Positions 13,313 to 28,300 of a stretch of 55,804 nt of DNA are shown here, one piece after another. Source of the DNA: Tubiluchus corallicola. Taxonomy: Eukaryota > Animalia > Priapulida. The notes under the pieces were generated by a model that had not been told where the DNA came from, ran no database searches, and saw nothing but the letters and a program-made list of their open reading frames with translations. The position numbers and the translations under genes were made by a program. The stretch covers positions 1 through 55,804 of the forward strand of contig JAQGDQ010001201.1 of NCBI GenBank assembly GCA_030141605.1, read 5' to 3'. The first letter of the stretch is position 1. Each line of letters starts with the position of its first letter.

Positions 13313-16300
13313 GTATATTATTATTAAAATGGGTTATTTATGGCCGCGCTTGTAACTAAAATAACATGTCCCCATAAATCTGATGCGCTGATTTTATGTC
13401 ATGGTCTCATGTGAAAGATAGGTGATGTAAGAATTGCTGGTGTTTGTGAAACCACGCAGTGGAATTAAGTTACTGATCTACAGTTTAGTAGTATAATACT
13501 TTTATCCTCAAATTTAACACGAAGTAATAATAGAGGCAAGTCTATGGTACCACAAATTAAATTACTAGTTCATTGTGTTATTGCTGCTGATAATAGTGTC
13601 TTCACATTGTTGGCAACTCTTGTTACTATTCTCAGTAGACTTAGTTTTTTATTGCACAAGAGGAATAGATAGTTACTAGTGTAACAGATAATGATTTGCT
13701 GTGACTTGCTTTCATAAAGCCTTAATAAAGTGTCAGAGAAATAACTTAGTTTCAGCCGCTTTCATTATTCGGTATTTGAAAACTAGAAAGGTATGTGTAG
13801 CCAATATGAGTTACACTGAATTGATTTTTTAGTTTACGGCTTGTGCAGCAAGTGAGCAATTTTTTATTAGAAAGCACCACTCAACCATTGGTATATACAG
13901 GGCCTATTTAAGGGCGGGAAAGTGGGGATACTTCCTCGGGGCCTCACCCTCAGTGGGGCCTCGCGCCGAGGTAACATTTTTTCGGTGAACGCTCTCAGTG
14001 CGTTAAAAAATATCAAAACTGACAATCGTTCGGTTTGTCAATTATTCGAATGAATGCGGATGTAGCAAGAGGCTTTGATTTTAACGAGTTAATTGATGTT
14101 GTTTTTGATTTGACTATTTGACAAGTATTAAGAACTGGTCTTGAGAATAAAGCAGTTTTTCTTTCAATTGTTCTTCCCTTTAACAACTGTATAACTCCAT
14201 ATTTTCTCTTCGAAAATGCTTCTCGGGGGTTCTAGCAGTTCAAAAATTTTCTGGGCGCCCGAGGGGGCCTCACACGCCCCACTTCCCCGGGCCTCGCTTA
14301 GGCTGAAATAGGCCCTGGGTATATATGTAGGCTCGGTTGTTTGTATATCTGATTAGAATTTATTTCTAATAGAATTTATTTCTAATAGTCTATGCTTCTA
14401 GTGCAAAAATAGCGCAGTAATGCTGTCTTCTTTTGATTTTTTAATTGCCAATATTGCTATTTAATTTTTCTGTTATATTAGCTCACCTTGATGTTTTATC
14501 TTGCATCGTTAACAGGTTAAATTCAAGCTCAGGTGTGATAACAAATGGAGCAGGTAATTATACCATAGATACGAGATGCTCTTGGCTCATAGATACCGGT
14601 TTCGTGAACCGAACTCTGAGATTCCGACTTGACTCATTCGAAACAGAATGTGCATGGGATCATTTGTATATCTACGATGGTGATTCCATATACTCACGTT
14701 TAGTAGCTGCGTTTAGGTATGTACAGTTTGGTTCAATGAATTTATTTTTCATGTAAGCATCTGTAACTAACATTATTATTAGATTGTTTTGTTGATTGTA
14801 CGCTACTAGTTCTAAATGATTATGTACTACAATCAATGTCCGCCATACTCCAACAAAATATTGTAGCGTTTTATACGTCATTTCTATTGAAAAAAAAGAG
14901 GCTATTTTACAAATTTGCATCAAATTCTGTAGTTCTAGACTTTACTAAACACAAACATTAAGTAAACCTAATTTGGTAATTTTACTAATTTATACTATCT
15001 AACTCGTTCAATCGAATTATAAGATTGAACTGATCAATTTGAACATTTTAGTTTAATTAATGACAATCTTATAATTCGATTAAACGTGTTAGATAATAAA
15101 AACAATACAAAATAATGCAAAATGATGTGTTTACTTACATCGTATGTCTCCACAAAGCAAATCTAGTATTTACCAATATATCTGACAAATTATCACTATC
15201 ATACTGTGAGAAACTACTTTTAAAGAAGCCTGTTAACGTCTACCAACTAACTCACTTGCCCAGGTAGAAACGGATCTGCACAGGTGAGTGATTGTGGTCA
15301 CATGACCAACGAGATACTTAGCAAAATTCCCTACAGATTAAGTCAGCAACAAAAATAATTTGTTTTTGCCTTACCTCGGGAGTTCAAAAGATATCAGTAG
15401 GGAGCGTTGTTGTGAATGTTTAAAGCTGAATCGTGGAATCAGTTGAAATCAAAGTTTGTTTATTTCCCTCTGGTTAGCGGTAATGTTTTAAATTTTTTCA
15501 ATTCACATTTTTTTATTTTTGGTTTTTTAGTTTATTGTTTTGCATTACTATGTTACTGTATTATCGATTATCGCATAGTGTCTTTTTTGTACTGTATTAA
15601 CGCTTGTTCTGATAATTATGCTATTAGCGGCAACACTACTAGCCTTTTTGTGCGATAAGCGGCAACACTACTAGCCTTTTTGTGCGATAAGCGGCAACAC
15701 TACTCTGCCCTTAATGTGCTGATTTGGCAGAAAATATGATACTTTTTAGCCTCCAATACGATAATCAGCATCGTACAACCCTGGTTTGAGAGTTAGTTGT
15801 AGAAAAAAGGCTCCGCCTCACCGAAATAACGATGATATAATAATTATTACATTTTATGGTTTGAATTAAAAGACATACTTCTATATGACTGCGTCAGCGA
15901 AGTAGATGAACATACAAAAAATTATCAGATTCCCAGCTGGGTGCACGACGAAAAATTTCTGTAGAACCAACATAGCTAAACATTTTATAATATATCAAGG
16001 ACCAAAAGTCTGGAATGAGATTTGTCAATCCGCAAAAGATAGCAGATCTATTTCTAGATTTAAAAAATGCTAAAAAATCAAATTTTAAGTAAGTATCAGT
16101 GAGTAATAAAATTTTTTATCAGTATCCAGCCTCATAGTAGTTGCAAAACAGTGGTGTTAGCTTAATCAAGTTATTTTAATTTTACATACTATTAACAAAT
16201 AATAGTCTTTCTGTCTTTGATATCATCCCATATATGAGCTTCATTCATTACATCATTCCATTTTAAGCAGAAATGTTTTTTTATCACGATTCACTTTAAA

Positions 16301-19300
16301 ATTTCAGATTATTTCCATTACTTTTTTTTCTATCACTGTGTGGGACAATCTAACAAGCCCTGCTTTTTGATTGCCCACAACACATTTACCTTCGTATATA
16401 AGTGAACAGTGTTTGAGGCTTTTCCTGTGCAGTATTTCTTATTTGTATTATATCAATTGTAGGCCCTTTCACTAGATGTTGTGTATGTAATCATTGTAAA
16501 TGTGTAATGTGAAATAAATGACTTAATATTACCCAAGCAGTTAGAACAGAAACAGAAGTGTTTCCATCATCGGCATTATAAGTGTGATGTTAATTACTAA
16601 ATTAGAAAAGCAGCTGGGATTGGGTCATTAAATACCTATTTTATTTTCAGTGGTTTGTTAGTTCCATCTCAGTCGTCTTCCTCGACAACTCGCTCGTTGT
16701 ACGTACCCGAAGTGGAAACGCATTCTGGTAAAGCTTATCTATACTTCTACAGCGATGTGGCCTATACGATGCCAGGATTCAACATTTCATATGCTTTGGG
16801 GTACGTATTTTACCGTCGTAAAGTAACAATGTCTAAAGGACAAGGTAATGGCCGACCAAAGTAAGCCTCGGAAAATTCGTAATAAAAAATTATATCACCT
16901 AAGTATAATCTTAGTACTCACGTTTTCGCATTTGCTCCAATTTTTGTTAAATATTTCAACTGCTGCAGTAAACGTTGGCGCAGACATGTTTCATTTAGTC
17001 CGCCAATTGAAAAGTCAGCATGTGACTGATCACGTGGCATGACATCACTCGAACGCAGTCGCAGCGTGCTCTGAGTACGTGTACTATAAAGGTTTGTGTT
17101 GTGTTTTTGTGACGCCATCTAATATGGCGCCGCCATGACAGTCTTGCGGGAGTATTTAAAATAAACAGTAAAAGGAAATTCTTTTAACGTGAGTATGATA
17201 AATGGTTAAGATTGCCTCTACCCGTTATAATTTTTTAGCGAAAATTTTCTGAAACTTGCTTTAACTAGGGCTTTTCTTGTCCTTTAATGAACCAACTTTG
17301 AGTGACTCTAGATACCCTGTTTTGATGGTTCACATATGCCCATGGTACCCTGAGTGTTCACTTATACATACATATATCTGGTTAGTTGGACATTCATATC
17401 TTGGTTTGCCGGTCCTAACTTTCACGGATATCAGATTAATCGGATAAAATCTGGACGTTAAAATGTCCCGTATACTACGGACACAGTTTATTGTTTCGCG
17501 AGCTGACCGCTAGTTGGCAGGTCATCACTTAGTTTACGTCAGTACATCAGTGCAGCAAAGCAGCATGTAACGACACGTGTGCGGCTTATATGTCTGGAGG
17601 TGTCCATACTAGACGTTTTTGATACAATGAGGTGATTGATTTTACATTACCGTGAGTCTAATATGTCAGGAGCGGCCCGGGCCGTACTACACGTTTTTGA
17701 GACAATTAGGCGATTGATTCTACATTACCGTGAGTCTAATACACGGTACCTACTGTATTAGCTTAGAATCGGTAAATATGGACAATCGGCGAATTCGGAC
17801 CGACGTCTCCCCGCTTTTGTCCACCAAACTGAGATATGAGTGTAGTTCATATTTTTAACTACAGTATTCCCTCACTTATCGCGGGCGTGTTCCGCTCCAG
17901 GCCCACATGCGATAAGTGAATTTCTGCGAAGTAGGGACGCTATACTTATTTCATTAGTTATACATTATTTTAAGTCTTTATAAGTCTCCATCAATCAACC
18001 AATCGTGTGTTGTGTACAATCTCATGTCGGCAAGTAGCATCTCAAGTATCACATTTCGTTTTAGGTGTGTATTCATCCGCCGAATAAATACACTATTTAC
18101 TGTAAATGGTAATTTTTTATGATTTATAATATTCTTGTAATGTTAGAATTAATACTTTTAATATATTTTTATACATTTTGTGATTTTTTATGCAAAATTC
18201 ATCAAATCTATACATTACATCAATACGTACTACGCACGTGCAAAAATACTTTAGACAGAGTACCGCAAAAACCTGCGAAACAGCGAAAACACGGCGATAA
18301 ATATTTTATATGAAAGTTTGATTTTTATAAATGCGACGTTAGATTTTTGTAAATGACTGTTTAAGTGAGATGAATAGCCGCATGTCATGGTGTATATTTT
18401 GCGACTAAATCTAAGCAACACTGCATCTGGTCACTAAATGGATGGGTGATTACTAGGTTCAATACTTGTTCTCAGCGCTGGGAGGTTGCATTTACCGTGC
18501 ACTGTTGACCTCGTAGAGGGAGCACGCGTTTGCATCCAGACGTAGCTGAAGCACTCCTGCTGGTTCAGCGTCTCATCATAGAGGACGTCCTTGTTAATGA
18601 GACAAGTTGTGGTCCTGCCACCACCACTACCACAAGTCTGTGCTGAATAGGATCTCTGACTGCTGAATTCCAGCTTGCAGATTCTGTTAACAATGTGGCC
18701 TTGTATGTTATAAATTTCTTTTTGACAGAGTTGCTAGTTTGGAACTTGTCAAACAGAGTTTGCGTCACCTGATGCATTGTGGGATACTGCGTCAAATACT
18801 TTTCCAAATTACCAGAAAAATCGGATGATCGCACTGCTCTTGCTGTTTTTCTCTGGGCGTAGTAACATTCGTGATTAGCTTTCAATTTGCTTCTTCTCTA
18901 GGGAACATTTTTGTCCGCACAATAACTGCTCCGCGGATCACGGCGTGTGCCTGGACGGCGTGTGCGTTTGCGATGCCATGTGGACCGGAGACGGATGTGA
19001 AAAGGCCGTGTGTCCCAACAACTGTAGCTCAACGGGAACGTGCAACCATCGCGAACACGTCTGTCAATGTTTTCCAGGTTGGAAAGGTATGCACTTTTTT
19101 ATATATATACGGCCCCCAAGCGAGCCCAATGGCTACGGAGGCTGAGACGGTAAACCGTTAAACTATAGGTTTTACACGTCAAATGTAGACACAGGAAAGA
19201 ACAAATGTGACTTAGGTAAGTAAAATGTAGACATAGGAATTTCGAATGTGTTTTGGTAACTCAAATGTGACTTAGGTAAGTCAAATGTAGACATAGGAAT

Positions 19301-22300
19301 TTCGAATGTGTTTTGGTAACTCAAATGTGACTTAGGTAAGTCAAATGTAGACATAGGAATTTCGAATGTGTTTTGGTAACTCAAATGTGACTTAGGTAAG
19401 TCAAATGTAGACATAGGAATTTCGAATATGTTTTGGTAACTCAAGTGTGACTTAGGTAAGTCAAATGTAGACATAGGAATTTCGAATGTGTTTTGGTAAC
19501 TCAAATGTGACTTAGGTAAGTCAAATGTAGTGTGGTACTTTGAATAAATCGGTAATAAACTTATTTAAGTGCAAATTACAAAATGGCCTGCATCTGCGGC
19601 CGTTATGATATTAACAGACTGTTCTGCCAACTGAGCTAATATTGCCATTGTCTGACCGTGATTCTGCACTAGAAGATTTTCTCTAATATCTGCAAGAAGA
19701 CGCTTTATTTCAGCCTATTAAGATTTGTTGAAAACCATTGTTAACACATTTGAACTACCTAAGTCTACATTTGAGTTACCAAGACACATTTGAATTACCT
19801 AAGTCTACATTTGAGTTAACGTAAGTCTACATTTGACATGTGAAACCTATACTAACTGGTGTAACCGCTTAGAAAATTACTTAGACAAGTTTTCTGCGTA
19901 TCCGTAATGAAACCTTATATCTTTTTTGAGTTGGCGTACGAAGCAGTGACGGGCGTTTAATAGATTAATCTTTATGTTTTGCAGGCTCCGACTGCAGCAT
20001 TCCAGTGGCAAACGGATCATGGATGGACGTACCAATTTTCGGAACCCCTCCCACCCCACGTGCTTCCCATCAAGTAGTCGTACAAGGGCATTACATGTGG
20101 GTAGTGGGAGGGGAGTCTTTCCAGGGCACCAGTTATCATATGTTATCCAGGTATGTTTGAAAAAATGGGCCCATTTTACAATCCTTTGCACAATTTAAAT
20201 AACCCTAATTGGCTTCACGAACTAATTTCTTGCGTGTGCGGAATCGTCAACTTTAATTGAAACTGTTTTGTTGAAGCCTAGGTTTCACGGGGCCATGACA
20301 TTCGAAAATTTTCTAAGTAGAATGGTTTTTGTCGCATGCGTGTTTTGTCGAAACCATTTGCGCTACTATTGCTACATTTTTGCAAATTTCCGGCGTATTT
20401 CTCCAACGAAAATCACGAGAATGTCACGCGAAATTCGCACGACTTTTTTGCACGTATTTGGTGACTTCGCTGACGCTTATGTGATAAGGTGAATGTTGCA
20501 CGACATTTATGTGAGTGTATTATGATCATTTCACGACAGTTTGTAAGAATTTTCGCGGAAAGGGTTGTTGGACGAGTGCGATTCACCAAAATGTCACCAA
20601 GTGGTAAAAAAAATAGTTGCACACTCTTCAAAAGTGTTGCAAAATGTTCGCCAAGATTTCGTGGTTCCTGAAATTGTTAAATGTTACCGCAGCTGTGGTG
20701 AGTTTTGCGATTCGGGCGACCCAACTTTAACACTTTAAAAAATGTTCAAAAGCCGGCATATTCTTTGCAACTATAGCGAATACATGCAAATGTTTTGCAG
20801 CAGTTTGACTTATTTTTGGTGATTGTTGGCTATATTTTAGCTCATTTTTGGTGAGTGTTGGCTATATTTTAGCTCACTTTTGATGATTGTTGGCTATATT
20901 TTAGCTCATTTTTGGTGATAGTTGGCTATATTTTAGCTCATTTTTGGTGAGTGTTAGCTATATTTTAGCTCATTTTTGGTGATTGTTGGCTATATTTTAG
21001 CTTATTTTTGGTGACTGTGGGCTATATTTTTGCTTATTTTTGGTGATTGTTGGCTATATTTTAGCTCATTTTTGGTGAGTGTTGGCTATATTTTAGCTTA
21101 TTTTTGGTGACTGTGGGCTATATTTTTGCTTATTTTTGGTGAGTGTTGGCTATATTTTAGCTCATTTTTGGTGATTGTTGGCTATATTTTAGCTCATTTT
21201 TGGTGATTGTTGGCTATATTTTAGCTCAGTTTTGGTGATTGTGGGCTATATTTTAGCTCATTTTTGGTGATTGTTAGATTTAAAAATAATTGCCTAAGTC
21301 GCAAAAACCTCGAAAGCCATCTTAAAAATTATGTACAGCATTGTACAAATCATTCTTATAGTGGTTAATTGGCGGTGCAAGCCGACGATATTTTTTAAAA
21401 CTAAACCATGAAAAACAGGAAATGTAAAAAAGATCATAAGTTATTTATTTCACATTACACATTTACAATGGTTACATATACAATATCTAGTGAAAGGGCC
21501 CACAATGCATATAATACAAATAAGAAATACTGCACAGGAAAAGCCTCAAACACTGTTCACTTATACACGAAGGCAAATGTGTTGCAGGCAATCAAAAAGC
21601 AGGGCTTGTTAGATTGTCCCACACAGTGATAGAAAAAATGGAGATAATCTGAAAATTTAAAGTGAATCGAGTAATAAAAAACATTAGTGCTTAAAATGGA
21701 ATGACGTAATGAATGAAGCTCATATATGGGATGATATAAAAGATAGAAAGACGAGAAAGATGAGATAAAAGATATTATTTGTTAATAGTATGTAAAATTA
21801 AGATAACTTGATTAAGGTAACACCACTGTTTTGCAACAACTTTTCATGAAAAGTGATTGCAGTTTCTACTATCATCAATAATTATTATTTGATATTAAGT
21901 TTTTAAATAGTTAAAAATGGTTAATCTTTGCACGTTTGCCGTACTTTCGATCTCCTGTTTTAGGTACGATTTTCTGAACAATAGTTGGACGATTTTTGAC
22001 GATGACCACGAACCGAGGCAGCGATACGGTCATTCTGCTGTTTTATACAAGGTACGTATCAACTTCACATTATTCCAAGTGAAACGTGTAACAAAAGTTT
22101 TCTTATTTTTGATATTGTCAGTACAGTTCATTTTTTGTGTGGTCCAGTGCATATTTTAGCCATTGCGTCCAGGGTCGGTTCTAGGTAGTTTGGCACTCTA
22201 GTCTGAAGTATTTTTAGTGCCCTCTCCTCAAACGGTCAATCCCTTCCATCATGATCAACACTGCACCCCAAAATTGAATTTTCTTGTATAACGTTATAAT

Positions 22301-25300
22301 AAAGTATGATCTATTATTTAATTATCAGTGGTCAGGATGGTGTAATATCTCACAGTAGCACTGTACTTCAATTTTCGCTTTCACAAACACGTGCAACACA
22401 CTGAATATCTTATAGTTTCACTGTACTTCAATTTTCTCTTTTATGTTAGTTTGTGATGTCATCAATAGTAGGGCTCACTCGCCGTTAATTAAGTTTTTAA
22501 TTTACAATTTAATTACCAGAAATGCTTTTGCTGTATCAACTGTGTTAAAATGTACATGGGGTAGTATATGAAAAATCACAGTGTCTTCGTTTAGCACACA
22601 CATTTATCAAATAAAACGTGGATAACGGTGCCAGCAGCAGCATGAATTAAAAACTCATAACAAAATTTTCAAACTAATATATCATGTAAGGTATGACCAT
22701 CCCACAAATATAATTTATTTGTCTGTTAAAACTCTTAAAGTGAGAGAAATATATGACATGTATTGCCTTCATTTCATGTATCAGTATCATAATTCACTAC
22801 TTCCACCAGCTTTTCAGTCATACTTTAGTCCAGTTTCAAATCAACATGATCATTACACAAGATATTGAGTCGAAAACTATGTACTCCCTCTTCCAAAAAC
22901 AAATATAATGAAACAGTCATCAAAATATAATGCTATTAAAATATGGTCATCAATTCCGCATGAAATGAAAACTCTTAATCTTTATCAATTTAAAAAAGCA
23001 TCAAAGAATTACCCACTACAGCGGTATAATTAACTCACAATTTTACTCATCCTGATCTTAAGTTACTAACAAAACTTATTTTGTTCTAATGTACGTTATA
23101 ACTGATGAAAATGTAATATTAATTGTCAATTGTTTCACTTATCTGGAGGAGGACTCGAAAGCTCAATGCTCCTTCCCCCTCCTCACAGTAACTCGCATAG
23201 TTTATTTATTTTTTACAATGTTATATCAATTTATATGTATGTTTGAGTTGCTGTGGAATAAATTCATAATTCATAGTAAAATTCTTCTTGTGTGTGACAG
23301 ATCGGAAAAAGCACAGAATTACCTATCTACAGCTTGTGTCGATTAAATATGAAATATGTACATTGTAGGTCTTTAGGGGCGATCAAATTTCTGGTTACTT
23401 TTGGCAAAATTTTGCCTCACGCTTCGTCAGAAAGTTTTTGAAATTTAAACTCCTTTTCATTGGCTTCATTGGGGCTTCATCTTCTTCATAATCATAAATC
23501 AGGTTGCAGATGGCTTCATTAGAGATTCTTTTTCTGTTCGGTGTCGCCAAACAACCAGCTTTTTTATCTTTCGTTTCTTCTGCATTCCGTTCCTAAAGAT
23601 TTCGATCTTGATAATTAACTAATTTAGTCATCTTGTCCATTTTCTAGTCCGATAAAAAAGTATGTATTTTAACACAGTCAATACTACAAAAGTGTTTCTG
23701 ATGATTAAATAATAGATTAAAAACTTGATTAACGGCGGGTGCGCCCAATCGTGCATGGATTCATACATGGAACATAATTTATATTAATTATTAAAAATTT
23801 TTGGCTTTTTGCCAACTACTTGTTAAATGTCAAAAAATTTAATCAGGAAAGCAGTGACACGTGACGATAGGCTGGCAGCGACGACAGTCGTGTAAAGATG
23901 ATGATTATGATGACAACGATAACAATATTGATGATGATGATCATCACAACGACAATGATGACTACAGTCACGATGATAGTGATGATGATAATGATGGTTG
24001 TAATACTGCAAAAGCGTTTGTGATGATTAAATAACAGACTAAAAACTTGATTAACGGCAGGCGAGCCTAACTATTGATGACATCACAAACTAACATAATT
24101 TGAATAGCAAAAACATTCCACGAGCGTGTTGTACCTGTTTACGAAAGCGAAAACTGAAGTATAGTGCTACTATAAGATATTCAGTGTGCTGTAGTAAAAC
24201 CAGGCAAGTTTTAAGATAAAATCTCCAATTTTAAATTTAGTGCTGTGCTCACGCATGAGCTGTTGAATGTGCATAGACACAAACTAACACATCTGAACTG
24301 AGAGGTACAGCACACGTTTTTTTGCGCAATGCGTTTCTGAAATACAGGCGCTAGTGCCCGTCTAACTAGCGAATGGCAAAATGCATGTAACAGCAAAGCA
24401 CTAGTGGCTTGAACGTGAAATAGCGTTTGTGTGGTAATAATTCTTTCACGTAAGTCATTTTTGAAAAAATAGAACCTTTGCTTTCAATATTTTGAAGAGT
24501 AGATTGTTTTGACCTACAGTTTAATATTCTGTCCGGTTTTGCTTAAAATTACCCAAAATGGTCACCGTACGAAGGGACACCGCACAATTCGCAGCATATC
24601 ATACAGTACAATAATGTAAGTATACACATTAGTGCTAAACTTTACGTACCTATGACAATAAGAATTCACAGGAAGTACAAAATTACGTAACATAACGTAA
24701 CGCGATGTGACCTAACCTAACCTAACCTAATCTAACCTAGCCTAGACATAATGTAACGTGATCTGAACTAACCTAAGCTAACAGTGAAGAATTAGTGGCG
24801 TGAACGTGAAGTTGCTTTTGTGTGGTAATAATTCTTTCACGCAAGTGATTTTTTTTAAAAAAATAGAACCTTTCCTTTCAATATTGTAAAGAGTAGATTG
24901 TTTTGACCGACAGTTTAAAATTGGGTCCAGTTTTGGTTTAAACCGTTTGACGCCTCTTGTTTTATTATAGGGACAAGATGGTAACGACCAAATATGGATG
25001 TTTGGCGGCTGCGTCCATAACAAAACCACGAATGAGTTGTGGATGTACGACATCCAGGCCAGAACGTGGAGCAATAAAACTAACAACGATAATTACGGAA
25101 TGGCAGTAAAGGGTCATACAGGCACGCTGGTACACGATCGCATGGTGGTGATTTTCGGACACAATCCAGAATACGGATACTTGAATTCGGTTCAGGAATA
25201 CTTTTTCGGTACATAGCAAGCAATCTCAAGATCACCTGTTGTTTGTATGGTTATCCCGGAGGCGTGCACTGTGCACATTTGACGTTGCCATTCTTAATTT

Positions 25301-28300
25301 GGCTATTGACTATTATGATACTTAACTGTGTATGGGAACTGAACTACATTAAGTGTTATGAAGTGGTTTTCCAATCCAGTCAGAAATGAAAAGATCTGCA
25401 CAACTAAAAAACTTTTTGCTTGAGATTGCATTTCGTGCAATACTAAATAAACAACTATTCATTGTGCACGAAAGATCGAATCGAGGAATTTTTTTTAGAT
25501 ATTTCTAATTTGTCGTGCGATTGTCTATCTTTGCTATGGTAGTAAAAGATACACATAGGCATGAATTCATAATTCTGAATCTGCCAATATGTCTGCTGTC
25601 TTGCAAACTTCAAAGATTTCGTTTGTATTTTTTTGCAGCGAAAGACGTTTGGACCGTGCCGACTACCACCGGTGCCGTTGTCAAGGGAAGTTATGGACAC
25701 ACGAGCGTCTATGACGAATACACCGACGCCATCTACGTACACGGGGGCCTCATTTCTGTCAATCAAGCGTCGATTATACTCACACATCAGCTGTTTAAGT
25801 ACAGTCCATTAAAACATCATTGGTATGTGTGTTATCTTCTTCTTCTTCTTCACTGAATCATAGCGTCCAGGGACATGATTCTGCTCACCTCCCTATGCCA
25901 GGACTCCCTACACGCCGCAATGCCCCAAGTGGATTTATTTCTAAGGATCAATGCTGAAGTGTTTAAATCTTTCTGTGCAAAATCTAAATATGTTAACATT
26001 TGTCCCCCTGCAAGTTTTTAGCTGGTTCTATGGCTTGTTGAAAAGCTATCTTCACTGGATTATCATCATCATCACCATCATCATCACCATCATTGTCATC
26101 ATCATCATCCAATGAATCACACGTCCAGTGACATGATTCTGCTCACCTCCCTATGCCAGGACCCCATACTTGCTGCAATGCCCCAAGTGGATTTATTTCT
26201 AAGGATCAATGCTGAAGTGTTTAAATCTTTCTGTGCAAAATCTAAATATGTTAACATTTGTCCTCCTGCAGGTTTTTTAGCTTGTTCTATGGCTTGTTGA
26301 AGAGCTATCTTCACTGGAATATCATCAGGTAGTCTAAGCATATGCACAATCCATATTAAACGGCATCTTTTTATTTTTCTTGTCCAAGGTTATTCTTTTA
26401 TTTTTTCATATAGATCTTTGTTTGAAATTTTCTTTGGCCATCTAATACCCAAAATGATTCTGTAATTTCGCCTTTAAAACGCATAAATTTCAGCTTTATG
26501 ATTTGCTTTTAATGTCCAGAGCTCCGAGTTATACAGGAATACAGTTTCGATTAAGGCTGAGAATATTCTGATTTTTGTTTCCGAAGAAATCTTCCTATTC
26601 TCAACAACTTTTGTGAGTTTTGAGTAAGCTGATAATGCCATTATCTTCCGTCTTAACATATATATCTTTCGTGTTTATATATGTGTTTGAACATATTCGT
26701 ATTGTTTTTGAAGTTGAAATAATCAGTTCAATTCAGTTCACTTTTTTCACACCTTATTACTTAATATGAAAAGTAATGATATTTGGTTCATATTGTTACT
26801 GTCTTTCTTAACCCTTTCAGTCCCAAATTATTTTTTGAAAAGAAAAAAAATTTTGGCTCGGTACTTTTGTTCAGTATGTCCATCTTGTTTACACATAACA
26901 ATTATTTTTTTCTACCTGTGCCCGCGTGCTAAATATAGCCTGTATCCCACGGGATACATTGGGATTCAATGGAAGCATAAAATCTGCTTCATTTTGCAAC
27001 TGCTGATAATTTTTTAAAGTATTTAAGACGTTTAGTATGCATGCTATGCTGATCTGTACAAAGTCATCTCTAAAGTACTGTACCTTGTGCAGTTTTTTAT
27101 GCTATGTAGATTTTCTAGTTTGCCATTTTATCACCATTTTTAGTCTATTCTTATTGGCTTAAATCAAAGTAACTATTAAATGACTGTCAGTTTTAAAATT
27201 TTATTAATTTTAAAGGCAGAAAATATTCTCGTATCCCATGGGGTATGAAAGGGTTAAAGGCCTATATAACCCCCAACAGACACTGAAGTTTTTTTTTAGC
27301 ACATTATTATGATCACACAAAGAATTCATAGTCATTGTTGAACAAAAGAGATTTATAAACTAAATAACTTACCCTTTTCCGGCGAATTTCGAACCCGTGC
27401 ACTGCCGTAAAGATCGACTTGTTTCGATTCTTTGGTGCGAGTGGCGAGGATGACGTACGAGGTACAAAAAGCGTCTTTGGTTACCGAAGTTTGTTTACCG
27501 ATCTTGTTTGATCTTGTGACTACACTCATTATGTCATTTGTCTCGAGCAATGAAAAATGGCGGTTCTTCAAATTTAATACTGTTAACAACGAAGTGATAA
27601 AAAATCAAAAGAAACATGTTTTACAATAACTTCAATTGAATGAATTTGAAGAAGCAATTTTGTAGCAAAAAGTTCCACAGATAAGAGGCCCGTGAAAAAA
27701 AATTTGCTATCTAAGCAATAGAGCAGTTGCGCTGTATCTAGAATTATGTTGATCTAAAGTATGAGAAGTAGCAACAATTTGGTGCTCAGAGCAAAATGTC
27801 TTGTATATCCAAGTTTCTGTTTACGGTGTTGATTTGACATGTTGAAACAAGCGAACGTGCACTTAATGAAACACGTGAATACAGTTTATAAAACTTCTGT
27901 TTTTGGTTTTTCTTAGGACGATTCTGTTAGGCAACGACGCGCCACGTTTTCTTCATTCAGCCGTGATCATAGATGGCGCCATGTTGGTGTTTGGCGGCAA
28001 CACGCATAACGATACGTCTATAAGTACAGGAGCAAAATGCTTTTCATCGTCTCTGCTGCTATTTGACATAAGTAAGTTCATAGAATTTTTTGATATAATC
28101 AATTGCTCTTCAAACTGTAAAGTACAAGAAAACCCTCCACTTACATATAAAGTTTAAAAAATTCGTCTTGGAATTTTATACCACTTACATACAGTCGACC
28201 CTCGTTAAACCGGACCCCGTTAGCCCGGATATCGGATAAGATGGACGTCATCCGTGGTAAAGGAAGCTGACCGATTTCCGTCCGAGCCGGAGCGCTAATC

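Noticed and set aside
24705-24780. (CCTAA)n as an interstitial arthropod-type telomere
   Set aside because: Only ~5 clean units within a degenerate TAAC-type pentamer run; too short to infer a telomere relic or the taxon.
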